IMG/VR virus record: IMGVR_UViG_3300035193_000026 | Location: 1-58,434 of that record | Source: a virus | Lineage: Duplodnaviria; Caudoviricetes | DNA length: 58,434 bases | Direction: 5' to 3' (one strand) | Part shown: positions 9,460 through 18,573 of the stretch, in pieces | Layout of the letters: every line of letters begins with the position of its first letter | Position numbering within the stretch: the stretch's first letter is position 1 | The notes under the pieces: model-generated | Told to the model about the DNA's origin: nothing | The model's database searches: none | The model's input: only the letters and a program-made list of their open reading frames with translations | Made by a program: the position numbers and the translations under genes

Positions 9460-10263
9460 ATGGCATTATATAACGAAATTGCGAGACGTGACATTTTAAT
9501 GATGTGTTTTGACCTTCTTAAACAGGGGGTTTTAAAACAAAGAGACGTTGACGGAAAGCTGGAATTTAATAATCCTGCTCCGGCATGGGATGTACCTTGG
9601 CATTTTACTGTACAAAAAGCTGATTTAAACTGTCAGCTTTGGAGTAAAGTAATGTTCAATGTTGTTTTTAAAAAGGTTCCTGTATCTATGCAAAATGGAA
9701 CGGTATGGGTTCCCTCCGGATGTCAGAATTGTTTTAAAATAGTAGCAAGGCCAAAGACAATAAAGCAGTTATTCGCCATTGTTAAGCTACAGAAAAGGCT
9801 CGATATCGCGTCTAAGTGTGGAATTGAACATAGAGCGCATGTTTTCGGAAATTACGGAGCATACTGGTATAATAGAGGACTTGAAGAGGGATTAAAGAAT
9901 TATAAAGTAGTAAGACAGGCGATAGACGAAGATCCTTTGCTCGGTCCTGATATCAAGGTAATATTAAAACGCTCATGTACTGAAATGGAAATGACAGCCG
10001 GACCATCTGACAAGTGGGCTATATCAAAAGAGCAGATGGAAATCGAAGCACTTGTATATTCAACGTTCAATATTGATAATGTTGAACGTAAGCAGTCACG
10101 TCAAGCAGTTGATTATGTACATGCCCGATGGATAGAATATGCCTATCAGTGGGGTGATGAAACAGTATTTGAATTTCTTGATCCTGAAAAACCGATTTAT
10201 AAACCATTGGTGACATATCATCATCAAATAGAAAAACCTGAAAAGGAGAACAATAATGAATAA
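9460..10263 (+). CDS. hypothetical Cys-containing protein
   Basis: 267-aa ORF with CQNC, KCGIEHR and KRSCTE. Confidence 0.75.
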   Translation: MALYNEIARRDILMMCFDLLKQGVLKQRDVDGKLEFNNPAPAWDVPWHFTVQKADLNCQLWSKVMFNVVFKKVPVSMQNGTVWVPSGCQNCFKIVARPKTIKQLFAIVKLQKRLDIASKCGIEHRAHVFGNYGAYWYNRGLEEGLKNYKVVRQAIDEDPLLGPDIKVILKRSCTEMEMTAGPSDKWAISKEQMEIEALVYSTFNIDNVERKQSRQAVDYVHARWIEYAYQWGDETVFEFLDPEKPIYKPLVTYHHQIEKPEKENNNE

Positions 10264-10804
10264 TGTAAAATGTACAGAAAAGGGAGGATGGCAAATATTC
10301 TCCGGTGCGCCTCAAATGATAAGTGCTGGTGGTATATTGACTGGGGCTAATCAGCAAGTCGCAAATAGTGCTACTGAAACAGCCGTGGTGACTGAGACTG
10401 TGTATGGCTATACCCTTAATACTGTTGGTCAGACATTCCGGGTCACACTTGTAGGAGAGATATCTTCCAGTGGATCAGGTGATATAACTCTAACCCTCAG
10501 GTATGGAACTACTGATATCCTTGCAGTGGTCACAACCGCACTTGCAAATGAGGATGATAAGCCATTCAAACTTGAATATTTTGGAAGAGTTTTGACAGCC
10601 GGAGCAACCGGAAAAGTATTATGCACTGGACTTGGTTATTTTTTCCAGGGAACGCCTCTTACTTTTATGACTGATACGGCTAATACAGGGGCAACAGTTG
10701 ATTTAACAGCAGATGGCAGTCTAAATGTCACAGCACATTGGGATAACGCGAGTGCAGATGACGATATAATTGTGACTGCTGCTGCTATAGAGTTTTTCGA
10801 TTAA
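10256..10804 (+). CDS. putative virion structural protein
   Basis: Thr/Gly/Ala-rich beta-sandwich-like composition within the head module. Confidence 0.55.
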   Translation: MNNVKCTEKGGWQIFSGAPQMISAGGILTGANQQVANSATETAVVTETVYGYTLNTVGQTFRVTLVGEISSSGSGDITLTLRYGTTDILAVVTTALANEDDKPFKLEYFGRVLTAGATGKVLCTGLGYFFQGTPLTFMTDTANTGATVDLTADGSLNVTAHWDNASADDDIIVTAAAIEFFD

Positions 10805-10820
10805 TAATCGATAAATGCTC

Positions 10821-10881
10821 ACTCGGACAAACGGCTACCTCCCCGTTAAAGGCGCGACTCTCCCGGCGCGCCTGTCCGAGT
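10821..10881 (+). ncRNA. GC-rich three-way-junction RNA element
   Basis: Outer stem ACTCGGACA/TGTCCGAGT; inner hairpins AACGG/CCGTT and GGCGCG/CGCGCC. Confidence 0.5.
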
Positions 10882-10911
10882 TCCACTTTTCGGGAGAAAA
10901 CGGGAGATGTT

Positions 10912-11235
10912 ATGAAATTGTTTATTGCTGAAAGGGTAGCTTTATTAAATATACTACCAAAAGAAGGAAGTTTTTTAACTTATAAAGCCGTACAAGGTTT
11001 AAAGGATCAGCTATCGGCATCTGATGAAGAGACGTCAGAGCTTGGAATAAAAACTGATGAAGCTGGTCACATGTTTTGGAATAGTACCCTTGATAAGGGG
11101 AAAGAAATTGAAATATCCGAAACAGCAAATAACATTATCATTGAAGGACTTAGGAAATTTAATCCTGAAGATGAAAACATACCTTTCATATATTGGGATC
11201 TTAAAGAAAAATTTATCCCTGGAGATGGTGAGTAA
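10912..11235 (+). CDS. hypothetical protein
   Basis: 107-aa ORF with GGGAG RBS. Confidence 0.7.
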   Translation: MKLFIAERVALLNILPKEGSFLTYKAVQGLKDQLSASDEETSELGIKTDEAGHMFWNSTLDKGKEIEISETANNIIIEGLRKFNPEDENIPFIYWDLKEKFIPGDGE

Positions 11236-12192
11236 ATGCAAATAGAACTCATAACCGCCCCGAGTGTAGAACCAGTAACCTTGAGTGAACTAAAGTTGCA
11301 TTTGCGTTTAAATTCCGGGTCATTTGCTGATAATGTTGACGAAACTCAATCATTAGTGCCGGATAGTTACGCTATTGCGGATAACTACACTACGCATGTA
11401 GGCGATGGCGTTGATGTTTTGGGGTATTCTGCTGTTGTGGTTTTGAATTCCGGAGAAAATCAGGCAACCGGGACCGTAGATGTCAAAATACAGGAATCAG
11501 ACGATGATATAACTTATACTGATTGGACAGGCGGGGCATTTACACAGGTTACAACTGCCAATGATAATGCAATCCAGGAAAAGGCGTATACTGGCACAAA
11601 ACAATATATTCGGACAGTGGCAAAGGTTCTTTTGGCCTCTTGTGAGTTCGGGACAACGGTAATTAGACAGGCGGCTACGTCTATTGAGGATGATCTTTTA
11701 ACGGAAGATATAAAAACATCCAGACGTGACGTTGAGAATGACACGCGAAGAGCATTGATAACCCAAACATGGGACTATTTTTTAAATAAATTCCCATGTG
11801 ATGACTTTATCAAGATACCATTTGGCAATCTGCAAAGTGTTACATATATAAAATACACTAATTCAGCTGGAACTCAAACGACAATGACAGTAGGCACAGA
11901 TTATTTGGTTGAGACAAACGGTGATCAATGCGGCGGGGTAGTTTTGCCTTATGGTATTTCATGGCCTTCATTCACTGCATATCCATCAAAACCGATAGTG
12001 ATAAGGTTTATATGTGGGTATGGTGATCTAGGAAGTGATGTCCCAGCAACAGCTAAACAGGCAATAAAAAGACGTGCTGCTGTTTACTATGAATCCAGGG
12101 GAGAGGATGTTGTGGGTTTATCGGTTGTTGAGGATAAAGTTTACAACCGACTTATAAACAATGTGCCGATACTTTATGATGAGTTTGATTAA
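11236..12192 (+). CDS. head-tail connector (gp6/phiE125 gp8-like) with internal domain insertion
   Basis: EPVTLSELKLHLRL...EDDLL...RALITQTW...LQSVTYIKY...YESR. Confidence 0.85.
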   Translation: MQIELITAPSVEPVTLSELKLHLRLNSGSFADNVDETQSLVPDSYAIADNYTTHVGDGVDVLGYSAVVVLNSGENQATGTVDVKIQESDDDITYTDWTGGAFTQVTTANDNAIQEKAYTGTKQYIRTVAKVLLASCEFGTTVIRQAATSIEDDLLTEDIKTSRRDVENDTRRALITQTWDYFLNKFPCDDFIKIPFGNLQSVTYIKYTNSAGTQTTMTVGTDYLVETNGDQCGGVVLPYGISWPSFTAYPSKPIVIRFICGYGDLGSDVPATAKQAIKRRAAVYYESRGEDVVGLSVVEDKVYNRLINNVPILYDEFD

Positions 12193-12225
12193 GACAATAA
12201 GGAAGATAAAAAAGGAGATAGAAAG

Positions 12226-12570
12226 ATGTTTTATATTAAAATTATTGATCAGGAAGTAACAAAGGAAGAGAATGAAAACGGACATTGCATTGAGGACATT
12301 AAAAATTCAATTGTACATAATTATTCGGTGGACACATATTCTTTATTTCCAAGTCTACCGGTTGGGGGCACTGAAAAACCAGGGGATTACAAATTGTATG
12401 ATATTCGATCAAATTTTCCAATCAAAGAGATTAATATTGCTCTGAAAAAAAATGATGAAAAAAATGATTGGGATCAGGTATTGTCATTTCCTGTTGATTC
12501 GGATGATAGGGTAGTTGAAATATATGTAATGAATGAAAATGGCAAAACACTTAACAGGTTTATCTTTTAA
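12226..12570 (+). CDS. hypothetical protein (moron-like, flanked by inverted repeat)
   Basis: 114-aa ORF with AAGGAG RBS, ending NENGKTLNRF. Confidence 0.7.
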   Translation: MFYIKIIDQEVTKEENENGHCIEDIKNSIVHNYSVDTYSLFPSLPVGGTEKPGDYKLYDIRSNFPIKEINIALKKNDEKNDWDQVLSFPVDSDDRVVEIYVMNENGKTLNRFIF

Positions 12571-12613
12571 TTAACAATTTTACCCTTATTGTCTTAAAAA
12601 TGAAAGTTTGATT

Positions 12614-12940
12614 ATGCGTGCTGGAAGAATGGATAGGCTTATAACAATAAAAGCCAAAATGAAAACAACAAACGATTTTGGAGAGGAAATTATTGTTTAT
12701 TCAACCCTTGCTTCTAACGTATGGGCTGAACGACTTGAATTAAGGGGATCTGAGAGATGGAATGCTCAGCAGATCGTCCCTGAAATAACATGCAAATACC
12801 GGATACGATACCGAAATGATATAAATGCTCAGTGCATTGTTGTTGATGAAGCTGGCAGAGAATATGATATTCAACCTCCTCTTGAAATAGGTCGGAGGCA
12901 GGGTCTTGAGCTTTTTTGTTCAGTGAGGAGTGATAATTAG
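12614..12940 (+). CDS. head closure/head-tail adaptor (SPP1 gp16-like)
   Basis: MRAGRMDRLITI...VWA..GSE...IRYR.DI. Confidence 0.88.
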   Translation: MRAGRMDRLITIKAKMKTTNDFGEEIIVYSTLASNVWAERLELRGSERWNAQQIVPEITCKYRIRYRNDINAQCIVVDEAGREYDIQPPLEIGRRQGLELFCSVRSDN

Positions 12941-12942
12941 CG

Positions 12943-13209
12943 ATGATCAATAAAAATAAACTTGAACACATTCATTGCCCTGATGACGGAAGGGGCAGAA
13001 GAAGGGTATTTATCAATAATAAAGAAATACATCGGTGCTTTTATGCAAATATAAAAAAGGGAACAGCTGATATTTATAGAACAGATAATAAGGGGTTAGT
13101 CATATTAGATAAGCACAAAAAAAGAATTTTATCAAAAAGGCTTTATGGAAAAATAGAAATAATTCCAATTGAGGAAAATAATAATGGCACAGCAGGCATT
13201 CAAATTTGA
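12943..13209 (+). CDS. hypothetical protein
   Basis: 88-aa basic ORF. Confidence 0.55.
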   Translation: MINKNKLEHIHCPDDGRGRRRVFINNKEIHRCFYANIKKGTADIYRTDNKGLVILDKHKKRILSKRLYGKIEIIPIEENNNGTAGIQI

Positions 13210-13708
13210 AATAAAAGGGATTAAAGAATTGCTTGACGCTTTTGATCAACTCCCAACTATGTCAATGAAAAAAAATGTCATAAGAAAGGCACTGAAAAAA
13301 GCGGCTGAGCCGGTCAAGGAATTAGCTCAAACAAATGCCAGAGGAGGTGTTTTGATTGATAACCCAGAGGTATTGGCTAATTCAATAAAAGTAACTTCAA
13401 ATTTAAAAAGGTCTCAGAGAAGCGGATTTGACAAGTCGAGAGTAACTATGTACGTCGGGTCGAGTTCTCCACTCGCGCATTTATTTGAATTTGGGACAGC
13501 AGAACGATACAAGAAAAGTGGGTCAGCTACAGGTTATATACCTGCCATGCCTTTTATGCGTCCAGCGTGGGATTCTAAAAAACGAGTCGCTCTGAAAATA
13601 TTTAAAGAAGAAATGTGGATTGCAATACAAAAAGCTGCAAGATTACTGGCTAAAAAGGCAGCTAAGGGAACATTAACAGCTAAACAAATAGCTGGGTTAA
13701 GAAGATGA
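13184..13708 (+). CDS. HK97 gp10-family tail component
   Basis: IKGIKEL...HLFEFGT...PAMPFMRPAWD. Confidence 0.9.
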   Translation: MAQQAFKFEIKGIKELLDAFDQLPTMSMKKNVIRKALKKAAEPVKELAQTNARGGVLIDNPEVLANSIKVTSNLKRSQRSGFDKSRVTMYVGSSSPLAHLFEFGTAERYKKSGSATGYIPAMPFMRPAWDSKKRVALKIFKEEMWIAIQKAARLLAKKAAKGTLTAKQIAGLRR

Positions 13709-14088
13709 TTGAATCAGGATTGAGAACAATATTGATAAATGATTCTACTATATCAGCCATAACTACACGCTGTTATCCAGTTATGATTCCTCAATCCCCT
13801 GTTTACCCCTTGATTCTTTATACTAAAATATCAGGTATGCGGGACCATGCATTGGAAGGTCCTTCCGGTATGGCGCATCCCAGATTTCAAATTGAAGCAT
13901 GGGCTGAAACATATGATGAAGCAAAGGGCTTATCAGAAGCAATCAGAAGTGCTCTTGATGGATATACAGGAACATCTGATAGCACCTATATAGGATCATG
14001 TTTACTCGATTCTGAAAGAGATATTTATGAGAGTGAAATCGATGTTTTCAGAATTTTACAGGATTATATTATTTGGCATAACGAATAA
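13705..14088 (+). CDS. tail terminator (DUF3168-like)
   Basis: YP..PQ..YP.I.Y..IS, RFQIEAWA.TY.EA. Confidence 0.85.
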   Translation: MIESGLRTILINDSTISAITTRCYPVMIPQSPVYPLILYTKISGMRDHALEGPSGMAHPRFQIEAWAETYDEAKGLSEAIRSALDGYTGTSDSTYIGSCLLDSERDIYESEIDVFRILQDYIIWHNE

Positions 14089-14103
14089 AAAGGAGAAAAA
14101 TTT

Positions 14104-14742
14104 ATGGCTATAGAATCACAATCAACTACTGTAGAAATAGGCACTGGATCAGGAGGAGCTAAGACAATAACCGATATTTCTTTGGCTAATCCAACTATAT
14201 TAACTTCGGCAGCTCATGGTTTGAGTAATGGTGATGTAGTTACTGCCGCGCTATTTGCCGGGGCTGATGCTGCCAGTATAAATGCTTTATCGTGGGTTGT
14301 AAAGTATGTAACCACAGACACTTTTGCAATTGAGCTTGATAGTACGTCGTTGACAATTGATGACAATAGCAACACTGCAACGATGACACCTGTTACATGG
14401 ACTACAATAGGAGAGGTAACAGATTTTTCGGGGCCTGATGGTTCTGCGTCTGAGATTGATGTATCACATCTCACAAGTACATCAAAAGAATTTATTATGG
14501 GCCTTCCTGATGAAGGATCTTTGTCATTGTCTGTAAATTGGGATACTTCAGATAGTGGTCAAGATGCTTGTGCAACAGCCAGAGCGGCTCGAACAGAAGA
14601 GGATTTTAAAATAACCTATTCTGATGCGTCGACTGCTACATTTACAGGATATGTAACAGGTATGAGTTCATCTGGTGGCGTTGATGGGAAAGTCAGCGGA
14701 TCAATATCTATACGTATAACTGATTCTATTACATGGGCTTAA
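14104..14742 (+). CDS. major tail tube protein with inserted beta domain
   Basis: GPDGSASEIDVSHL.S..KEF..GLPDEG; insert ITDISLANP...HGLSNGD. Confidence 0.9.
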   Translation: MAIESQSTTVEIGTGSGGAKTITDISLANPTILTSAAHGLSNGDVVTAALFAGADAASINALSWVVKYVTTDTFAIELDSTSLTIDDNSNTATMTPVTWTTIGEVTDFSGPDGSASEIDVSHLTSTSKEFIMGLPDEGSLSLSVNWDTSDSGQDACATARAARTEEDFKITYSDASTATFTGYVTGMSSSGGVDGKVSGSISIRITDSITWA

Positions 14743-14743
14743 T

Positions 14744-15106
14744 ATGAGTGCAATAACGGGAGAAAAAGAGCTTAAGATAGCAGGTAAGAAGTATATTCTC
14801 AGGTTTACATGGAAAGCCTTATCTGAAATATCAGAAAAGTATGGAGACAGTCCAAATATATTTAAACCAGAGGTCGTATCAGATATAGCCTCAATGGGAT
14901 TGATTGACAAATATCCTGATATGACCCCTGATAAAATTATGGAAATTTCACCTCCGCTGATTCCATTTGCTAATGAAATTCAGCAGGCTATGACTTGGGC
15001 GTATTTTGGTGATAAAGATATACCTAAAATTGAAATTGATGAAAAAAAAAATCTGTCAAAAACTGGATTATTCAGTCGTATGAAAATGCTGTTCAGGCGG
15101 GAATAA
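14744..15106 (+). CDS. tail assembly chaperone (gpG-like)
   Basis: Between tube and tape measure; Y.LRFTW.AL motif; ends in an A-run slippery site. Confidence 0.8.
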   Translation: MSAITGEKELKIAGKKYILRFTWKALSEISEKYGDSPNIFKPEVVSDIASMGLIDKYPDMTPDKIMEISPPLIPFANEIQQAMTWAYFGDKDIPKIEIDEKKNLSKTGLFSRMKMLFRRE

Positions 15107-15330
15107 ATCCTATTGAATTCTGGGATATGACTCCCTATTTAACAAGGTATGCTGTCAGAGCATTAAATAATAGATGTAGAATAAATGCTTGGATGATAGC
15201 AAGATTTTCAAGAGTAAAAAAGATACCTGAATTAGAAGATATTTTGATTGCGGATAAACCTGAAAGAGATCATAGCCAGATGGAAAAAGATATGAAGCGC
15301 GCTTTAAGAAATTACAGAGGTAAAAGATAA
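15041..15330 (+). CDS. tail chaperone gpT portion, expressed by -1 frameshift
   Basis: A10 run at 15042-15051; the -1 frame is open (SVKNWIIQ...AGINPIEFWDMTPY) and runs into the 15127-15330 ORF. Confidence 0.8.
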
Positions 15331-17312
15331 TGCCATCGGAACCCATTGGCGCACTCAGGGCTGAGCTTTCTGCTGGTCATGTTCAGTTCGCCAACGACAT
15401 GAAAAAGGCAAAAGATGCTGTCAAATCTAATGCTTCAGGCATGTCTATTGCAATGGATAAGGTAGGTAAAAAATTTACTGAAGCAACGACCGCCCTTAAT
15501 AAATATGCTGGTTATGCTGTTGCAGGGGCTATTGTTGCTACGACTGCTTTTATAAAGAAACAGATCAATATAGCTGATGAAATGGGGAAGCTTGCACAAG
15601 CCACAGGTACAACTTCTGAATATCTATCTTCTATGGCACTTGTTGCTTCCCAAGGAGGTACTACACTTGAAACTGTAGCAAAAGGTGTTAAAAGGCTTTC
15701 ACAAAATTTATATGACGCCAGGGATGGTCTCAAAACTTCTAAGCAATCTTTTGATGATTTAGGGATAACAGTAACAGATAGCAGTGGGGCACTCAAAAAA
15801 GCTGACCAAGTAATATTAGAGATAGCAGATAAATTTAAAAATCTAGAGGACGGTTCAGAAAAGACAGCTTATGCTATGAAGTTATTTGGTAAGGCCGGTA
15901 CGGATCTTATTCCTATTTTAAATGGAGGCAGCTCCGGGATAGAGGGTTTACAGCAAAAAGCCCAGGAGATGGGGCTTGTAATATCGACAGAAACGGCTCT
16001 TCAAGCCGCTTATCTCAATGACCAACTTGATTTACTAACCAAAAGCGCACAGGGTACAGGCCGGAGTCTAGCTTTGCAGCTTGTCCCATGGCTTAATGAT
16101 ACCTTCGCTATTCTTAAATACACAAAAGAAGAATCCGGGGCATTGATGGCGTCATGGGTAGCTCTTGGAGCTGTAGGTGATGCGATATTCGGTAGATCGA
16201 CCCAACAGAAAATAAATGAACTCAAAAAATCAATAGAAGCGCAAGAAAAAGCTATGGGGAAATTACTCCCTTATAACAGCCCTTCAGAACAAAAAAAAGT
16301 ATTAGAAAGTTTAAAACAACAACTTGCTGATCTAGAGACACAAAAACAGAAAGAAGATAACGCTGATAAAGCAAGGATGGAGGCATCACTAAAACGATCA
16401 AAGGAAGAAGCAGAGCAAAGGCGCAAAAACACAGAAGCGTTAATCAAGCAATCTGAGGCTAGATTTAAAGCCGCTGAAAAGGAAAGAATAATAGAGGAAG
16501 CTGAAAAGGAAAGAATAAGACTTATAGAATTAAAGAAGAAAGCACTTGAAGATGAGGGCCGTGTATTAACTGAATCAGTTATGACCCCTACAGAGATATA
16601 TGCAAAGACCATCGAAAATATAAATATGTTGCTTGATGAAGGGGTAATAAGTCAGGAAACTTATAATAGGGCTATTAATAAAGCTGGTGAAGAACTAAAT
16701 AAATTAGGCGAAGCAGGGGCAAATGTTTTTGAAGAACTTGGAAAGCAAATTGAAGGGTGGGGCAGAGATAGTGCAAGGGCAATAACCGACTTTGCATTAG
16801 AGGGCAAAGGTTCATTTTCTGACATGATTCAATCTATGATTGCTGAAATGCTTCAGATGATAATATATCAAAAAATGATGGCTCCTTTATTTAACGCTTT
16901 TGGAGGTTGGGTAAGTGGATTGGGTGGTGCAACTCCTAGTGCACATGGTAACGTATTTTCAAATGGCAAATTAATACCATTCGCATCTGGTGGTATAGTA
17001 AATAAGCCTACTATATTTCCAATGGCTCAAGGTGTTGGTTTAATGGGCGAAGCAGGGGCAGAGGCTATTATGCCATTAACTCGGGTTGGTGGTGATCTTG
17101 GAGTTAAAGCTGTGGGTGGGGGTATGGTTGTTAACATAATAAATAATACCGGGTCAGATGTGAAAACCTCTGAACGAAAAACAGCTAATGGCGTTGAACT
17201 TGATGTTTTAATTGATCAGGCTGTTGCTAAAAATATAGGTCAGATGGGGTCACAATCTAATAAGGCTATTCGACAGAGTTTCGGAGCTAAAAATCAATTG
17301 ACAAGGAGATAA
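15330..17312 (+). CDS. tape measure protein
   Basis: Helical Ala/Lys-rich protein; LFGKAG; C-terminal FASGG...GLMGEAGAEAIMPL. Confidence 0.92.
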   Translation: MPSEPIGALRAELSAGHVQFANDMKKAKDAVKSNASGMSIAMDKVGKKFTEATTALNKYAGYAVAGAIVATTAFIKKQINIADEMGKLAQATGTTSEYLSSMALVASQGGTTLETVAKGVKRLSQNLYDARDGLKTSKQSFDDLGITVTDSSGALKKADQVILEIADKFKNLEDGSEKTAYAMKLFGKAGTDLIPILNGGSSGIEGLQQKAQEMGLVISTETALQAAYLNDQLDLLTKSAQGTGRSLALQLVPWLNDTFAILKYTKEESGALMASWVALGAVGDAIFGRSTQQKINELKKSIEAQEKAMGKLLPYNSPSEQKKVLESLKQQLADLETQKQKEDNADKARMEASLKRSKEEAEQRRKNTEALIKQSEARFKAAEKERIIEEAEKERIRLIELKKKALEDEGRVLTESVMTPTEIYAKTIENINMLLDEGVISQETYNRAINKAGEELNKLGEAGANVFEELGKQIEGWGRDSARAITDFALEGKGSFSDMIQSMIAEMLQMIIYQKMMAPLFNAFGGWVSGLGGATPSAHGNVFSNGKLIPFASGGIVNKPTIFPMAQGVGLMGEAGAEAIMPLTRVGGDLGVKAVGGGMVVNIINNTGSDVKTSERKTANGVELDVLIDQAVAKNIGQMGSQSNKAIRQSFGAKNQLTRR

Positions 17313-17315
17313 GAT

Positions 17316-17672
17316 ATGGCTGTACCTGACTGGCATATTGACCTGCCTCAAGAATTATTAGTAGACGGTTATGGTGAATCTCCTGCGGATATCACTATAG
17401 AAAGTAATATGGACATAGGTCCTGCTAAAGTTAGGAGAAGGTTTACAGCTGGAGTACGGCCTGTGTCTGGATATATTTTATTAACCTCAGCTCAACTTGC
17501 AACATTCAAAACATTTTATAATGATACTATTCTTGGAGGATCATTGAGATTTAATTGGACTGAACCACCAGCACATACAACATCATGTGAAATGAGATTC
17601 ACTGATACACCAAATTGGACTAAAGTTGGAGATTATTTTAAAATAGCAATGAATTTGGAGATATTACCATGA
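17316..17672 (+). CDS. distal tail protein
   Basis: MDIGPAKVRRRFT, F..FY...GG...FNW. Confidence 0.8.
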   Translation: MAVPDWHIDLPQELLVDGYGESPADITIESNMDIGPAKVRRRFTAGVRPVSGYILLTSAQLATFKTFYNDTILGGSLRFNWTEPPAHTTSCEMRFTDTPNWTKVGDYFKIAMNLEILP

Positions 17673-18178
17673 CTATATCTCTGAATTTTAAAGAGGCAGC
17701 GTTTGCACAAGAGACAGGCCGTGTCCCCATTGCACTTATAACCTTGTCGCATGATGATCTTTTAGATGATATAAGGATAAGCACTGATCCAACGCAAGAA
17801 TTATCAGGGCTTACGACTGACTTGGAGAAAGTGTATGGCACTACATCAAATGGGGATGATTATATATTTCTACCTGTCAGGATAAAATTGCCGGATGATA
17901 CAGAAGATGGTGCAGGAATGATGAAGCTTGAGATTGATAATATACATAGATCATATACTGAGTCTATAAGATCAATATTTACGCCTGTGTCTTGTCAAGT
18001 GGACATAGTTATGGATAATGATTTAGATACAATAGAGGCGAGTTGGCCGGAATTTTTATTAACAAGTATAACGTATGATGCATTCGTAATAACTGGTACA
18101 TTAATACTTGAGACGTTAATGACAGAGCCATTCCCATCGGGTACATTCATTCCGAGTCATTTTCCAGGAGTTTTTTAA
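17669..18178 (+). CDS. minor tail protein (DUF1833/gpL-like)
   Basis: Position; LITLSH, LPDD...L.IDN, EPFP. Confidence 0.8.
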   Translation: MTISLNFKEAAFAQETGRVPIALITLSHDDLLDDIRISTDPTQELSGLTTDLEKVYGTTSNGDDYIFLPVRIKLPDDTEDGAGMMKLEIDNIHRSYTESIRSIFTPVSCQVDIVMDNDLDTIEASWPEFLLTSITYDAFVITGTLILETLMTEPFPSGTFIPSHFPGVF

Positions 18179-18573
18179 TGAATTTCGATGAATACATAGG
18201 TATCCCCTTTGTTTCATGCGGAACATCAAAAGAAGGTTGTGATTGCTGGAGATTAATATGCCTTGTTTATAGAGAGAGATTATCAATTAATTTGCCAGAA
18301 TTCACTCAATTTGATGCTCCTAAAACTAAAGCAGAATTGATAAAGGTGACCAGGGCATTTAAGGAGAATAAAGTAAAGTGGATTAAAGTTAACGACCCTA
18401 AACCGTATGATGTCATATTGCTGAGAACAGGGAGCATGTTATATCATTCAGGGCTTGTAATTGGCAGAGATAGAATGATTCATATCGATAGGGGTATAAA
18501 CTCTACGATAGAAAAATATACCTCTAGAATATGGAAAGATAAAATAGAAGGGTTTTATCGCTATGACAAATAA
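18178..18573 (+). CDS. NlpC/P60 tail-tip protein (gpK-like)
   Basis: YIGIPF...GCDCW...HSGL...MIH. Confidence 0.88.
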   Translation: MNFDEYIGIPFVSCGTSKEGCDCWRLICLVYRERLSINLPEFTQFDAPKTKAELIKVTRAFKENKVKWIKVNDPKPYDVILLRTGSMLYHSGLVIGRDRMIHIDRGINSTIEKYTSRIWKDKIEGFYRYDK

